From an uncultured bacterium (GTDB taxonomy: Bacteria > Fidelibacterota > UBA2242 > JAFGTP01), in NCBI GenBank assembly GCA_964640055.1, contig CAZXFH010000011.1:1886-65885 (forward strand): a DNA stretch of 64,000 nucleotides, given 5' to 3'. Shown here piece after piece: positions 9,536 through 19,394 of the stretch (positions within the stretch are counted from its first letter, which is position 1; every line of letters begins with the position of its first letter). A program made the translations under genes and the position numbers. The notes under the pieces were generated by a model. It saw nothing but the letters and a program-made list of their open reading frames with translations. It was not told where the DNA came from and did no database searches.

Positions 9536-10750
9536 TTACTTCGCATTTAGTAGTTGGATCAAATTCATTAATTGGGTCTTTTCATCTTCCTTTGTGATGG
9601 GAATTCTTAACACAAACTTGGCGCCCCGGTCTTTTTTCCTCTCGACTTTGATATCACCCCCGAGCGATGCAATCACATTTTTCGAAATGGTCAATCCAAT
9701 GCCCGAATGATTATCCACTTCCCGGGTTGTAAAAAAGGGTTCGAAAATTTTATCCCTGATCTCCGGCTCGATGCCTTCGGCATTGTCTTCAATCTGCACT
9801 TCTACCCATTTATTTTCCATTGACCTGACCTGAACAGTAATCAATTTTTCATAATCCTCAGTTTCCGCCAAGGCGGTAAAGGCATCAATGGAATTCTTGA
9901 TGATATTGACGAAAACTTGCTCGACTAATAGCCGGTTGGTCAAGACAAAGGGTAATTTTTCCGGTTTATTGACGGAAAGGGTGATCCCCACATCATTAAG
10001 TTCGTAAACAATCAGTTTACGGGTAGCCTCGATGACTTCGCCGATATCTACCATGGAAATCATCTCATCTTCAGTCTGATGGGCATAAGACCGAATGTTT
10101 TGAATACTATCTTCCATGCGTTCAATCAATTGATTTAATTGATTGACGTCGGCATTGATCTTATCCCGTTTGATGGTCCCACTAGATAACTGAGAGGAAA
10201 TTAGCTCCAAGCGCATTTTCAGCGCGCCCAAGGGCTGGGTTAATTCATGGATCAGCCCTACGGATAATTCACCCAACATCCGCAGACGATCACGGGAAAT
10301 TGAAATAGTCTGTTGCCGTTTTAATTCCGCTTCCAATTGCTTCCATTGTGTGATATCCTTGGCCGTGATAATGATATAAGTTTGTTTTTCTTTTTCATCA
10401 ATAACACTAAAATTCAGCATAACGGGAACAATGTGCTCCTTGTTGATAAAAACCGCCTCAATATTCTCAAAAATACCTTCATTAAAACGCTCAATAATGT
10501 GATCCAGCTTGGAAGTCCCTTCCGGCTTGGTTTCCTGGGATTCAAACCAACCATCCATGATGAATTGATCAATACATTGTCCGATTAAATCCGCTTGCTC
10601 CAACTGCAATAATTTTAAGGCACTGGTATTGGCATATTCCACTTTTCCATTGGAATTCAGTATAAAAATAGCATCCGAAATACTTTCTAAAATGGTGACA
10701 GTTGTCAGATAATCCTTTATTTTAGGTGGTTCACTCCGTTTAGATTCCAT
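9536..10750 (-). CDS. Cytoplasmic PAS histidine kinase (FlgS/FlrB-like candidate)
   Basis: ILESISDAI PAS, HELTQPL H-box, N-box, DNAEG, FEPFFTT, GIGL; no TM segment. Confidence 0.9.
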   Translation of the reverse strand: MESKRSEPPKIKDYLTTVTILESISDAIFILNSNGKVEYANTSALKLLQLEQADLIGQCIDQFIMDGWFESQETKPEGTSKLDHIIERFNEGIFENIEAVFINKEHIVPVMLNFSVIDEKEKQTYIIITAKDITQWKQLEAELKRQQTISISRDRLRMLGELSVGLIHELTQPLGALKMRLELISSQLSSGTIKRDKINADVNQLNQLIERMEDSIQNIRSYAHQTEDEMISMVDIGEVIEATRKLIVYELNDVGITLSVNKPEKLPFVLTNRLLVEQVFVNIIKNSIDAFTALAETEDYEKLITVQVRSMENKWVEVQIEDNAEGIEPEIRDKIFEPFFTTREVDNHSGIGLTISKNVIASLGGDIKVERKKDRGAKFVLRIPITKEDEKTQLMNLIQLLNAK

Positions 10751-10766
10751 TTATTCCTTTCTAGAA

Positions 10767-11081
10767 TCAATGAACAATAATATTGGTATGGTGATCCGAA
10801 CTATGATCCTCTATCCTTTCCGTGGGATGATACAGATCAAAAACAATACGAGGGTTAATTTCCAATACTTTTAACTCTACCTCTTCATGAACATTCAATT
10901 TGTGCTTACTTTCAGTATAAATGTTATATCCCCAGATGCGTACCAGATACTTGTCATCACCAAATCTTTCCAGCACCCGCCCCTTTAAGACCATGCCTTG
11001 CTCTAAGCGCCGGGTTAAATCCTGTAGATCATTTTTGACACTATAGGGAAACAGATAAGCGACCTGGCTGTCATTTGGCAT
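10767..11081 (-). CDS. Hypothetical protein, small beta-rich domain
   Basis: ORF tightly packed in the operon; SD before ATG 11081; G.VLKGRV...V.I.G pattern. Confidence 0.7.
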   Translation of the reverse strand: MPNDSQVAYLFPYSVKNDLQDLTRRLEQGMVLKGRVLERFGDDKYLVRIWGYNIYTESKHKLNVHEEVELKVLEINPRIVFDLYHPTERIEDHSSDHHTNIIVH

Positions 11082-12030
11082 TAAATTTTCCTTTATTAAC
11101 ATTATAATATAAGGCAGCTTCTTCGTAAGTTAAACCCTTCTTTTTCATTATTTTTTGTATTTCTGATCTCTTTTTATCGACTTTATCATCAGTTGACTCA
11201 ATATTTTCTATTTTTTTAGATTGATCCTGAGGCTGGTCAGGTTCACTCGCGGTTAGTTTTCCGTTTTTAACCGTAGATGGAGGGGTTTTTACCTGTTTAG
11301 CAGACTTTTTCAAATTATCCAAATAGGGCTTTAAGATATTACGTCCGGAATAAATATATATTATTAAAAGCGCAGCTCCGGCTAGTATGAAAAGCATGAG
11401 AACAATAAACAAGGCTGTCTGTATAGCCCTGGACAAGGTATTCCGCCAATTCAGACGGCTCTCTTTTTCTGATAGCTGTTCAGGAATGGGATCTGCTTGG
11501 GTAGCTGTTTGCGGGATTATTTTTTCTTGAGGTTTTTCTTTAGGCACAATTTCCGGGACCTTTTCTCTCTTCCGGACAGGGGTGGCATAGGATTCCGGAT
11601 AATAGATCTCAAAATAATATTGTTTATTGCGAAAAGAATAATGTTGTGTCAGGTAATTAAAAGGCTGAGTTGCAACAACCAACTTTAGTGTTTTGGGTGC
11701 CGGATATGAGGTGATGATTCTCAAAGGATATTGTGCGGTGCTATCATGAATGATTTGTTTCTTATCCTCTTCAATATTTACCAGATTAAAGATTACTTCA
11801 ATCCGGCCCGCAGCTGTATCCTGGACCAGGGTAGGCCTTATTAAAGATGCTTGCCTTATGATACTATCTGTAAAATGTACTTTCATCCGATGATATGCCG
11901 GTAAATTTTGTGTTTCTACTTCGATCTGGACCGGATGATTAGCCGCTTTGACTTTAATGATAACACTAATTAACAGGAGTATCAATATAAAAATTTTAGG
12001 AAAGGAATTTTTTATCTTATGCTTTTTCAT
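11071..12030 (-). CDS. Hypothetical exported membrane-anchored protein
   Basis: Basic/hydrophobic N-terminal signal, beta-rich region, Pro/Glu linker, one TM helix, charged tail; start uncertain (12030 or 12075). Confidence 0.75.
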   Translation of the reverse strand: MKKHKIKNSFPKIFILILLLISVIIKVKAANHPVQIEVETQNLPAYHRMKVHFTDSIIRQASLIRPTLVQDTAAGRIEVIFNLVNIEEDKKQIIHDSTAQYPLRIITSYPAPKTLKLVVATQPFNYLTQHYSFRNKQYYFEIYYPESYATPVRKREKVPEIVPKEKPQEKIIPQTATQADPIPEQLSEKESRLNWRNTLSRAIQTALFIVLMLFILAGAALLIIYIYSGRNILKPYLDNLKKSAKQVKTPPSTVKNGKLTASEPDQPQDQSKKIENIESTDDKVDKKRSEIQKIMKKKGLTYEEAALYYNVNKGKFNAK

Positions 12031-12067
12031 TATTTCGTTAATATCCGCTCTCCTACTTACACTTAAA

Positions 12068-12346
12068 TTATTCAATTACTATATCAATTTTACTGCCCTT
12101 TTGTTGCGAGGGATCTTTGCGGTTTTCCGCACTGGGTATTATGTTGGGCTGGTTATCATCCCATTTTTTTCCACCGGTTAGCTCTACGGAATCCTTTCTT
12201 TTCTGTTTTTGAGCGGCTTTCTTTTTTTTCTTTTTCTTTTTCTCCTTTTCCTCTTTATTATCCGGTGTATCCCGGTCCACCTTGCGGATTGAATGTATTG
12301 AACTCATGGGATTCAGATCGCTATTTCCAACCTCTTCATAAGCCAT
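12068..12346 (-). CDS. Small lysine-rich hypothetical protein
   Basis: 92-aa ORF after fliA; DSVELT motif; C-terminus KGSKIDIVIE. Confidence 0.75.
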   Translation of the reverse strand: MAYEEVGNSDLNPMSSIHSIRKVDRDTPDNKEEKEKKKKKKKKAAQKQKRKDSVELTGGKKWDDNQPNIIPSAENRKDPSQQKGSKIDIVIE

Positions 12347-12365
12347 ATATGAAGGTCATCCTGTT

Positions 12366-13142
12366 CTACTTATCAGCTAGCTTTTTTCTTAAGCTTTTTA
12401 AAGTTTCACTCATAATCTGGGACACACGGGATTCGCTGATCCCCAGCACCTGACCAATATCATTCAGTGTTAATTCCTCGTAATAATAGAGTGCCAGGAT
12501 AATGCGTTCTCTTTCCGGCAAGGTTTTAATATAGTATTTCAGTCGCTCCTTAATGCTTTCTTTTTGAAAGGTAACATCCGGTGATTCCTGGTCTTTATCG
12601 GCAATTACTTCCTTTCTGGTTAATCCATCACCTGTTTCATCTCCGTCAACTTTATCATCAATGGATAGCGTAAATCCCAGATTCATTAAGTTTTGGATAC
12701 GGTAGTAATCTTGCAGGGATATGCTGGCTTCTTTACAAATTTCCTGGATAACCGGTTCACGTCCCAATCTTACCCGCAGCTGATCATTGGCATGTCGTAC
12801 TTTATTGATATCCTGAATCTGTTTGCGACTGAAAACACCGTACTTTCGCAGGGCATCCAATATTTCACCATGAACCCGTTTATAGGCAAAGGTTTTAAAG
12901 CTGACCCCTTTTTGCGGATCATAGCGTTCGATCGCATCCAATAAACCGATAATACCGAACTGATTCAAATCTTTTCGCTTAAGCAAGATGGTTTCCGGAA
13001 CCTTGATACGCCCGATAATATATTTAACCAATGCGAGATACTTTTTGATAATTTTTTCTTTTAAATCCAGGCTTCTGGTCTGCAGGTATTCCGCTATCAT
13101 TTGATCCCCTTGCTGAACACTTGCTCTGACCTTCTCAGTCAT
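12366..13142 (-). CDS. fliA: Flagellar sigma factor sigma28 (FliA/WhiG)
   Basis: GLLDAIERYDP.KG..F.TFA and LALYYYEELTL..IG.VLGISESRVSQ motifs. Confidence 0.96.
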   Translation of the reverse strand: MTEKVRASVQQGDQMIAEYLQTRSLDLKEKIIKKYLALVKYIIGRIKVPETILLKRKDLNQFGIIGLLDAIERYDPQKGVSFKTFAYKRVHGEILDALRKYGVFSRKQIQDINKVRHANDQLRVRLGREPVIQEICKEASISLQDYYRIQNLMNLGFTLSIDDKVDGDETGDGLTRKEVIADKDQESPDVTFQKESIKERLKYYIKTLPERERIILALYYYEELTLNDIGQVLGISESRVSQIMSETLKSLRKKLADK

Positions 13143-13144
13143 CT

Positions 13145-13390
13145 TTATACCTCATTTTTGGCTTCTTCTTGAGCAGTTTGTGTCTGCTCCGATTCTCTTT
13201 GACTGTGTTTCTCACCCATAACAACCACCAATCTTAACAGATGACCCGCAATGGAAAAAGTGAACAGAACACCTAAGAAAACCAAAGCACTGCGCACAAA
13301 TCCGGTAAATATGGATATGCCACCAATGATACAAAGCACAAAGGTTAAAACAGCCAGAAATAAAGCAAAAGTATAAATCATTTTACTCAT
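13145..13390 (-). CDS. Small two-TM membrane protein
   Basis: 81 aa with two hydrophobic segments; overlaps the flhG stop. Confidence 0.75.
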   Translation of the reverse strand: MSKMIYTFALFLAVLTFVLCIIGGISIFTGFVRSALVFLGVLFTFSIAGHLLRLVVVMGEKHSQRESEQTQTAQEEAKNEV

Positions 13391-14262
13391 TTCTCTACTC
13401 CCAGGGCAACATTACGATTGGAAATAAATCTTTGGAAAAAACTGTTTTGACTTTTTTGAACATCACTGGGCAAACTATATAGATTTTTGGTAATTATCTT
13501 GATAGTACGGGCAGCATCAGAAGTGGGATGCTCCAAAAGCAATGCCTTTTGCTGACGGATAGTTTTTTTTATTAAAACAGCCTCAAGCAAAGACCCGCCG
13601 TAGGCAATATTACTATTACAAAAACGCTCGACCATTAATCGCATTTTACGAAAAATAGACTCACCCTCTTCTATATCACTGACCATATTGGCAACAAATA
13701 GAAAGGGCATGGCTGGTTTATACATTTTTACAATTTTAATCATGCCATAGGCATCGGCAATCGAGGCCGGATCGCGGGTCACGGCAATGAGTACCTTATC
13801 GGCTCCTAATACAAAGGGTAATACATTCCGGGATAATCCAGCCCCTGAATCAACAATGATAAAATCATATTCTCTTTTGGACTTTGCAAATGATTGGTTT
13901 AATTGGCGTACAATTTCATTTTCAGCTTCCAATAAGTCCACAACTGCCGATGAAGCCGGCAGAATATCGATATCGCCCGGTCCTTTACAGATCACCTGAT
14001 CGATTTCTTTTCCCTCTTGAACGACATCGGAAATCGTAAATTTAGGGCGTAGGCCTAAAAACAGGTCTATGTTCCCCAGATGCATATCTGCATCGAATAA
14101 TAATACCCTTTTTTTCATTTGTCTCAGCGCAATTGCAATATTAACACTTAGATTTGTCTTCCCTACACCACCTTTACCACTGGTTATGGTAAAAACTTGG
14201 GGGCCTTTTTGCTCCTTTTCCGGATTTGAGAGCTTAAATACATTGTTGTGAATCTTTTGCAT
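13387..14262 (-). CDS. flhG: MinD-like ATPase FlhG/FleN
   Basis: SGKGGVGKT deviant Walker A, D.GAG; follows flhF. Confidence 0.93.
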   Translation of the reverse strand: MQKIHNNVFKLSNPEKEQKGPQVFTITSGKGGVGKTNLSVNIAIALRQMKKRVLLFDADMHLGNIDLFLGLRPKFTISDVVQEGKEIDQVICKGPGDIDILPASSAVVDLLEAENEIVRQLNQSFAKSKREYDFIIVDSGAGLSRNVLPFVLGADKVLIAVTRDPASIADAYGMIKIVKMYKPAMPFLFVANMVSDIEEGESIFRKMRLMVERFCNSNIAYGGSLLEAVLIKKTIRQQKALLLEHPTSDAARTIKIITKNLYSLPSDVQKSQNSFFQRFISNRNVALGVEK

Positions 14263-15440
14263 TAATGAGCTCCTTTAATTCCTGATTCAATACGCTGCCA
14301 AATGACCTCTTTAAAGTCCTTACGAATATGATCGGGAACAGACTGCCCTTCACAGATTGCCACGATGGGCAGCTGGATTCGGTTTATCACGGAAATGATT
14401 TTTCCTATTCTCGGGGTTTCATCCAATTTAGTTATGATTATTCCGTTAATATCCAACATGCTATAGTGCCTGTATAAATATTCCGCGTCCTTTACATCCC
14501 GCGTTGCATCAATAACTAAAAATGTTTCTAAACTTTCAATCTGACCCAAGGTTTGATAAAGCTGCTTAACCGCCCTTCGCGAGGCATGCATAGCTGGGGT
14601 ATCGAATAACAACACCTCTTCCCGGGTGTATTTACCCAGTGCACTGAGAAGGCGGCCATTTTCATTAATAAAATCAACCTTTATCCCGGTCAGGCTTGAG
14701 AATTTGTTTAAAATATTTTCCGTAGCCATGCCATAGTTATCAGTTGAAATGATTCGTTTCTTTTTTTGTCCGAAAAATTCCGGATGGGTCGCCAACTTCA
14801 TCATGGTCCTGGTTTTACCGCAACCTGAAGGGCCCACCAAGGCGATTGGCTTTGGTTTATTTAAATTCCCCAAAGTGATATGATAGGGATTGAATAGTGG
14901 CAGGACATGACGCCGGATTTCTTGTAAAATCCTATGCATACCTATCTGTCCATAAGAATTCAATTTTGTGTAGGTTTTCTGGATAAGTTCACGTCCCTCT
15001 TTATTGGCCACACCAATCTGCTCCAGACGCTCGTAGGCAGCAATATAAACCTGTGGATATTTTGGAAAATAACATTTCTTGATGTACTCATTCAAGCGGG
15101 AGAGTTCATCTGTCAGAAACTTGGCTTCATCCGCTAAAAAATTATAGGTATTGTTCTGTCTGACATCTCTGTCCTCTTTTGACCGAGTTTTTGATTCTCT
15201 TAATGATAATTGCTCTGCTTGAGATTGATCTTTAAGATTGGCTCGCAGGGAAGCGGTCTGATTTTTTGGACCTTCTGAGTCATCCACAACACTTATCTGA
15301 ATTAGGTTTTTTACACCCGGTAGCAGATTGGAGGACCCTATTTTTTGAGACTCAAGGATGGCCACTTCCTCACCCAGTTCGGCTTTGGCATTCTGCACGG
15401 CATCTTGAAAAGACAGTCCGATATAATTTTTAATTTTCAT
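14262..15440 (-). CDS. flhF: SRP-family GTPase FlhF (degenerate motifs)
   Basis: MKIK.Y start, GPSGCGKT, TKLDET, GQ.VP; between flhA and flhG. Confidence 0.92.
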   Translation of the reverse strand: MKIKNYIGLSFQDAVQNAKAELGEEVAILESQKIGSSNLLPGVKNLIQISVVDDSEGPKNQTASLRANLKDQSQAEQLSLRESKTRSKEDRDVRQNNTYNFLADEAKFLTDELSRLNEYIKKCYFPKYPQVYIAAYERLEQIGVANKEGRELIQKTYTKLNSYGQIGMHRILQEIRRHVLPLFNPYHITLGNLNKPKPIALVGPSGCGKTRTMMKLATHPEFFGQKKKRIISTDNYGMATENILNKFSSLTGIKVDFINENGRLLSALGKYTREEVLLFDTPAMHASRRAVKQLYQTLGQIESLETFLVIDATRDVKDAEYLYRHYSMLDINGIIITKLDETPRIGKIISVINRIQLPIVAICEGQSVPDHIRKDFKEVIWQRIESGIKGAH

Positions 15441-17502
15441 TGGGATACCCTATTGTTCCTATTGATTTAATCTCCGTATCAGACGTTAATTCTGAATACG
15501 CTATAACATAGATATCAGGCAGGACCGGCTCGATAAAATTCCGGATAGCTTTTCTGATGGGAGGCGAAACCAAGAGAATCGCAGCCGATCCTTCCATGAC
15601 AATTTTTTCTACCTTTTGACTTAAAGAATCAAAGATCCGCTGTACCTGATCGGGACTCAAGCCTAAATTTTGTGATTGTCCATTCCCCTCTTTAATGACA
15701 GACATGATGTGGTCTTCTAAACGCGGGTCCATGGTGATAACCGATAATTTTGAACGTCCCTGTTTTAAATAATCAGTGATTGTCTCTGCCAGGGCTTTGC
15801 GGACATACTCAGTTAATACATCGGCATCCTTTGAATAGACCGCATAATCAGCCACCCCTTCTAGTATTCTTACTAAATTTCTGATAGGCACTTTTTCTCT
15901 TAAAAGATTTTTGAGAATTTGATTGATCGTTCCCAGGGGTACCAAATCCGGAACCGCTCCCTCCACTACTGCTGAATGGGTTTCTTTCAGGTGATCCAGC
16001 ATCTGCTGAGTTTTCTGACGGTCCAAGAGCTGATAGGCATTATTTTTTAATACTTCCATCAAATGGGTGGCGATGATCGCCGGCGGCTCGATCACTGTAT
16101 ATCCCGCCACTTCGGCTTTTTCCTTTTCTCTTTTTGGAATCCAAATAGCCGGTAATCCAAAGGTCGGTTCAACTGTTTCATAACCATCTAAACGCACGCG
16201 ATCATCGGGATTTAACACCAAATAGTTATCCAGGATCACTTCTCCTTTTGCTTTTTCTATTCCAAAAATCTTGAACACATATTCATTGGATTTCAACTGG
16301 ATGTTATCCCGGATGCGAATAGAGGGAATTATTAAGCCCAGTTCCATGGCAATACTCTTGCGGATTGTGGAAATCCTGCCCAATAAATTCCCGCCGCGTT
16401 CTTTATCTACCAGGGGAATTAATCCATATCCAATTTCGATTTCGAAGGGATCGGGATGTAAATAATCTTCAATTTTATCTTCCTCGGCAACCCCCTCCAA
16501 CTGCTCCTGTTCTTCGGTTTTAACCTCCTCCATTAAAAGCGCCTGCTTTTTTTGAGCAGTATAGGCAATCATCCCAACTCCAACCGAGATTATTGAGAAA
16601 GGAACAAAAGGCAGCCCCGGCATTAGGCCTAAAAGAAAGAGAACACCGGCACTCACCATGGCGGCTTTGGGTTGCTTACCGAGTTGTCCTGTGATTTCAC
16701 TACCCATGCTGGATTCACCTGTGGCACGGGTAATGATAATACCGGCTGAAGTCGAGACAATTAGGGCTGGAATTTGTGCCACTAGACCATCGCCGACCGT
16801 CAGGATGGTATAGCGATTGGCCGCCTCAGAAAAAGCCAATCCATTCTGGAAAACTCCAATTGCCAAGCCACCGATAATATTTATAGAAGTAATCAGCAGT
16901 CCCGCAATAGCATCTCCACGCACAAATTTAGCAGCACCGTCCATGGCACCGTAAAATTCCGCTTCCCTAGCAATTTGCTTACGGCGGCCCTGTGCTTCGA
17001 TGTCATCGATCAAGCCGGCATTCAGATCGGCATCAATAGCCATCTGTTTCCCGGGCATGGCATCCAGTGTAAAACGGGCGGAGACCTCGGCAATGCGGCC
17101 AGCCCCTTTGGTAATGACCACAAAATTTATTATCACCAGAATAAGAAATATTACCACACCCACCACATAATTACCCCCAATCACAAAGCTACCAAAGGAA
17201 TTAATAATTTCCCCGGCATATCCGCGCCCCAGGATCAAGCGGGTTGTGGAAACATTCAAAGACAACCGAAATAGGGTTACAATTAATAAAACACTGGGAA
17301 AAACAGAAAAATCCAAGGGGTTGTAGAGGTAAATGGCAACAAACATTATGACCAAGGCACCGGTAATACTCATGACCAGGAATATATCCATGATAAAGGG
17401 AGGGATGGGGAGTACCATCAAGGCCAGGATAAAAATGACAATCAGAGCCAGATAGATATTACTACTTTCAGATATATGTCCTGATTTAGCCGGATTAGGC
17501 AT
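15430..17502 (-). CDS. flhA: Export apparatus protein FlhA
   Basis: RIAEVSARFTLDAMPGKQMAIDADL and FYGAMDGAAKFVRGD motifs. Confidence 0.99.
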   Translation of the reverse strand: MPNPAKSGHISESSNIYLALIVIFILALMVLPIPPFIMDIFLVMSITGALVIMFVAIYLYNPLDFSVFPSVLLIVTLFRLSLNVSTTRLILGRGYAGEIINSFGSFVIGGNYVVGVVIFLILVIINFVVITKGAGRIAEVSARFTLDAMPGKQMAIDADLNAGLIDDIEAQGRRKQIAREAEFYGAMDGAAKFVRGDAIAGLLITSINIIGGLAIGVFQNGLAFSEAANRYTILTVGDGLVAQIPALIVSTSAGIIITRATGESSMGSEITGQLGKQPKAAMVSAGVLFLLGLMPGLPFVPFSIISVGVGMIAYTAQKKQALLMEEVKTEEQEQLEGVAEEDKIEDYLHPDPFEIEIGYGLIPLVDKERGGNLLGRISTIRKSIAMELGLIIPSIRIRDNIQLKSNEYVFKIFGIEKAKGEVILDNYLVLNPDDRVRLDGYETVEPTFGLPAIWIPKREKEKAEVAGYTVIEPPAIIATHLMEVLKNNAYQLLDRQKTQQMLDHLKETHSAVVEGAVPDLVPLGTINQILKNLLREKVPIRNLVRILEGVADYAVYSKDADVLTEYVRKALAETITDYLKQGRSKLSVITMDPRLEDHIMSVIKEGNGQSQNLGLSPDQVQRIFDSLSQKVEKIVMEGSAAILLVSPPIRKAIRNFIEPVLPDIYVIAYSELTSDTEIKSIGTIGYPNEN

Positions 17503-18604
17503 TTACAGCTCCTGATGGTATTGGATTTCTTTTTTGACGCTTCTGGAAAATCTTAGCCAATATTTCAGCCACAGTCTGATAAAATATCACCGGTATTTCC
17601 ATCCCAAGAGGGGTTGTTTCATATAGGCTACGGGCTAAGGGCTTATTTTCGACAACAGGAATGTTATTTTGTTTAGCAATCTCTTTAATACGCTGTGCAA
17701 TTTTACGTTTGCCTTTTGCCACGACGGTCGGGGCATCGGATTGTTTCTGCGGTTTATACTTAATGGCAACGGCAATAAATACCGGATTGGTGACTACAAC
17801 GGTTGCATCCGGGATAGCCGCCATCATCCGTTTGCGGGACAGCTCTTTCTGTACCGACCGAATTCTGGATTTAATTTCCGGGTTACCCTCTTGCTGTTTG
17901 TTTTCTTCTTTTACCTCTTGTTTAGTCATCTTCAAACTTTTTTCATACTGCCACCTTTGATAGGCGAAATCGAACAATGCCAGGATAAATAATACCACTC
18001 CGGTTTTCACACCCAATTCCAGAAATACTTTCCCATAGAAGGCCAGCAGTTCAGCCACAGTCACATTATGTAACAACCAGAAATGGTTAGCCAGAAAATG
18101 TTTTTTCATGACCGCATAAACAATAAACCCCACTATTATCAATTTGAAGATACCCTTTACCAAATCCACCAGAGAATTGAGCGAAAACAATTTTTTAATT
18201 CCCTGCAGAGGATTAATACTGGAAAATTTGGGTTTCAGGGCTTTTTTCATGAACCGTAACTGAAATTTATCCTGGGCTAGATTGGCAACCACTGCGATCA
18301 AAACTATTGCAAGAAAGAAAAAACCAAAAGTTTTGACAAAAAACGTAATCACAAATATTACATATTCTGGCACCGAGGTAACGGTCATATCGATGCTGGA
18401 TAGATTCAAATAGATATATTTGACAAAATCGGTAAAGCCGGACATACTGGAAAAGCCCATAAAACTTAGAACCAATACGCCCAGCAGTAAAATTCCAGTA
18501 GAACTAACATCCTGACTGCGCGCAACTTTACCTTCATCAACGGCTTTTTGTCGCCGGCGAGCGGTTGGTTTTTCAGTACGTTCTTGAGCGGGCTTCTCAG
18601 GCAT
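17495..18604 (-). CDS. flhB: Export switch protein FlhB
   Basis: ERTEKPT, KMTKQEVKEE..QQEGNP, AP.VVAKG; cleavage loop reads NPVF. Confidence 0.97.
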   Translation of the reverse strand: MPEKPAQERTEKPTARRRQKAVDEGKVARSQDVSSTGILLLGVLVLSFMGFSSMSGFTDFVKYIYLNLSSIDMTVTSVPEYVIFVITFFVKTFGFFFLAIVLIAVVANLAQDKFQLRFMKKALKPKFSSINPLQGIKKLFSLNSLVDLVKGIFKLIIVGFIVYAVMKKHFLANHFWLLHNVTVAELLAFYGKVFLELGVKTGVVLFILALFDFAYQRWQYEKSLKMTKQEVKEENKQQEGNPEIKSRIRSVQKELSRKRMMAAIPDATVVVTNPVFIAVAIKYKPQKQSDAPTVVAKGKRKIAQRIKEIAKQNNIPVVENKPLARSLYETTPLGMEIPVIFYQTVAEILAKIFQKRQKRNPIPSGAVNA

Positions 18605-18609
18605 CCACC

Positions 18610-19392
18610 TTATCCTTTTAGATTCAGTATTGAGGTGTTCAAATAAGAAAACATCTCATTATAAAAGGAATCAAAGATCAACTGAAAGATGTTAAGGGAG
18701 GTCATCAAAGCAATTAATCCGGTTCCTATTCTTAAGGGGAGAATAATAAAAAAGACATTCATCTGGGGCATTACACGGACCAGAAAAGCGGTAGCGGTTT
18801 GAATCAGCAGCAGTAGAATCATGGTTGGTCCGGCAAATCGAATCGCGATCCGAAAAGCTTCCGATCCGGTGGCAACGATATGACGCCCCTGTTCCGCGGG
18901 GTAATTGGCCATTCCCAACGGGATTACTTTGAAATTTTCAAAGATTGTGCGAATGAAAAGATAATGGGTATTGGTAATTAAAAAGTATAGCATGACCACC
19001 AGCATTAAAAAAGGACTGATAATATTGCTCTGTTTCTGAGTTGCCGGATTAATCGATTTGGCCATGAAAAAGCCCATCTGACGTCCCATAAAGCTACCCG
19101 CCATATTAAAACTCTCAAAAATCACCAGCGTGCCAAACCCTATGGTGACCCCCACAAATAATTCCATCGCCATCAGACCGGTCAACTTTAATAGTGAATT
19201 AATATCCGGAAAACGAATCGAAAGTGAAGGCGCGATTAATAGCGTAAAAGCAATCGCGATCAAGGCCTTAATTTTATTATTGATCACCGGAGAACTGATA
19301 ATCGGCAAAGTGATAATCAAACCCGAAATGCGGGCCAGAATTAACATATAGCCCGGGAGTAATTGCGGTAGATGGTCAATTATTTCAAACAT
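18610..19392 (-). CDS. fliR: Export gate protein FliR
   Basis: Multi-TM protein with G..MG.QMG and R.MPQMNVF; start at ATG 19392. Confidence 0.95.
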   Translation of the reverse strand: MFEIIDHLPQLLPGYMLILARISGLIITLPIISSPVINNKIKALIAIAFTLLIAPSLSIRFPDINSLLKLTGLMAMELFVGVTIGFGTLVIFESFNMAGSFMGRQMGFFMAKSINPATQKQSNIISPFLMLVVMLYFLITNTHYLFIRTIFENFKVIPLGMANYPAEQGRHIVATGSEAFRIAIRFAGPTMILLLLIQTATAFLVRVMPQMNVFFIILPLRIGTGLIALMTSLNIFQLIFDSFYNEMFSYLNTSILNLKG

Positions 19393-19394
19393 AT

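Noticed and set aside
12215-12260. Phase-variable homopolymer in the Lys-rich gene
   Set aside because: The A-runs are interrupted by AAG codons; ordinary poly-Lys coding explains them.
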